Shown: one piece after another, positions 63,182 through 64,000 of the stretch
Numbering within the stretch: position 1 is the stretch's first letter
How the letters are laid out: each line of letters starts with the position of its first letter
DNA from: Okamejei kenojei
Lineage: Eukaryota
Length of the DNA: 64,000 nucleotides
NCBI GenBank assembly: GCA_035221665.1
Contig: CM069154.1
Span: forward strand, 5,146,001-5,210,000
Direction: 5' to 3'
Translations under genes and position numbers: made by a program
Notes under the pieces: model-generated
What the model was told of the DNA's origin: nothing
What the model saw: only the letters and a program-made list of their open reading frames with translations
Databases searched by the model: none

Positions 63182-64000
63182 GTCTCGGCTGCGTTGGATC
63201 GGTTTGGACCCTGCACTGCGTTTGAGTTGTCCTCTTCCTCATTCACAACAGAAGTCAAACAGTCAATTCCCGTTTGCTCAGGAAATGACTTTGCAGTGGT
63301 TCGAGACTAAGTTGGTGACTCACTTGCCACCTCCCCCAGCCTCCTCACCACGGACAATGCACCTATCAGGAGTGGGCTGCAATGCTCTCCTGTTGCCTGG
63401 ATTGGAGTATCTCCTCAAAGCTCTGCTTCATCCTGGTGACGTTTGCCCGCTTGTCAGGCACTCTGTCCACCACCGCAAACATTCCCTTGCCCACCACCTC
63501 AACCCCCTCCCTCAAATGCGGGCACACTGTGTCTGAACATGTATGGGATTAGGAGGCAGAGATCAGCCATGCTTGAATGGCGGAGGAGACTCGATGGGCC
63601 GAATGGCCATATTCTACTCCTGGAACGTGTGAACTTGTGAACTATTTGCCCACCTCAAAATGCGTATCACTAATTTGTCCAGCCTTCCTCAGCTTCTCAT
63701 GGTTTGAAACGTTACCCGGGAGAAATAGGGCAATGAGGAAACATTTTTTCACACAGAGTGTTGTGAGTCTCTGGAATTCTCTGCTTCAGAGAGCGGTGGA
63801 TGCCGGTTCTCTGGATACTTTCAAGAGAGAGCTAGATAGGGCTCTTAAAGATAGCGGGCTCTTCCAGATGACTTTCTCATGCACTTACTATCCTATCTAA
63901 CTCTCTCTATTCTTCTTATTCTTCCTCTTCTTAAAATATAAAATAAGGAGTGGTACAGGAAATGTATTATGTTATTTTTGGCTTATATCATTGTAATGTA

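Larger units (their letters stand above)
28071..63620. repeat. Tandem segmental duplication, unit B (may continue past the window edge)
   Basis: Colinear paralog of 1-~21300. It is longer because of extra L1, CR1, LINE and DIRS insertions. Confidence 0.92.

Noticed and set aside
1-64000. CRISPR array or rRNA genes
   Set aside because: No regularly spaced repeat-spacer array or rRNA-like sequence seen; the short tandem motifs are LINE and SINE 3' tails.

Overview
Eukaryotic, repeat-rich vertebrate DNA. The repeat content (tRNA-derived V-SINE/HE1-like SINEs, CR1, L1-like, Rex1-like, Penelope-derived repeats) suggests a cartilaginous fish, probably a skate or ray; this is inference. The window is a tandem segmental duplication: unit A is 1-28070 and unit B runs from 28071 to at least ~63600. 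Each unit carries one minus-strand, six-exon Ig-superfamily receptor gene of CD300/pIgR-like type, which I assembled by hand from splice sites and exon phases: leader, two V-set Ig exons, Ser/Thr-rich stalk, Arg-containing transmembrane exon and a Tyr-free tail. Copy B (63181->39904) splices to an open 1260-nt CDS (419 aa). Copy A (20857->3530) is frameshifted and partly lies in sequence that looks poorly polished. Both intact Ig domains have Ser at the two positions of the family's extra C-C' disulfide, and they differ from each other almost only by amino-acid-changing substitutions. The introns hold nested, copy-specific transposons: Tc1 > LINE > full-length DIRS1 with its ICR, L1 insertions with TSDs and matching empty sites in the paralog, and a hAT-type MITE. 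Penelope-derived repeats carry minimal hammerhead-ribozyme motifs.
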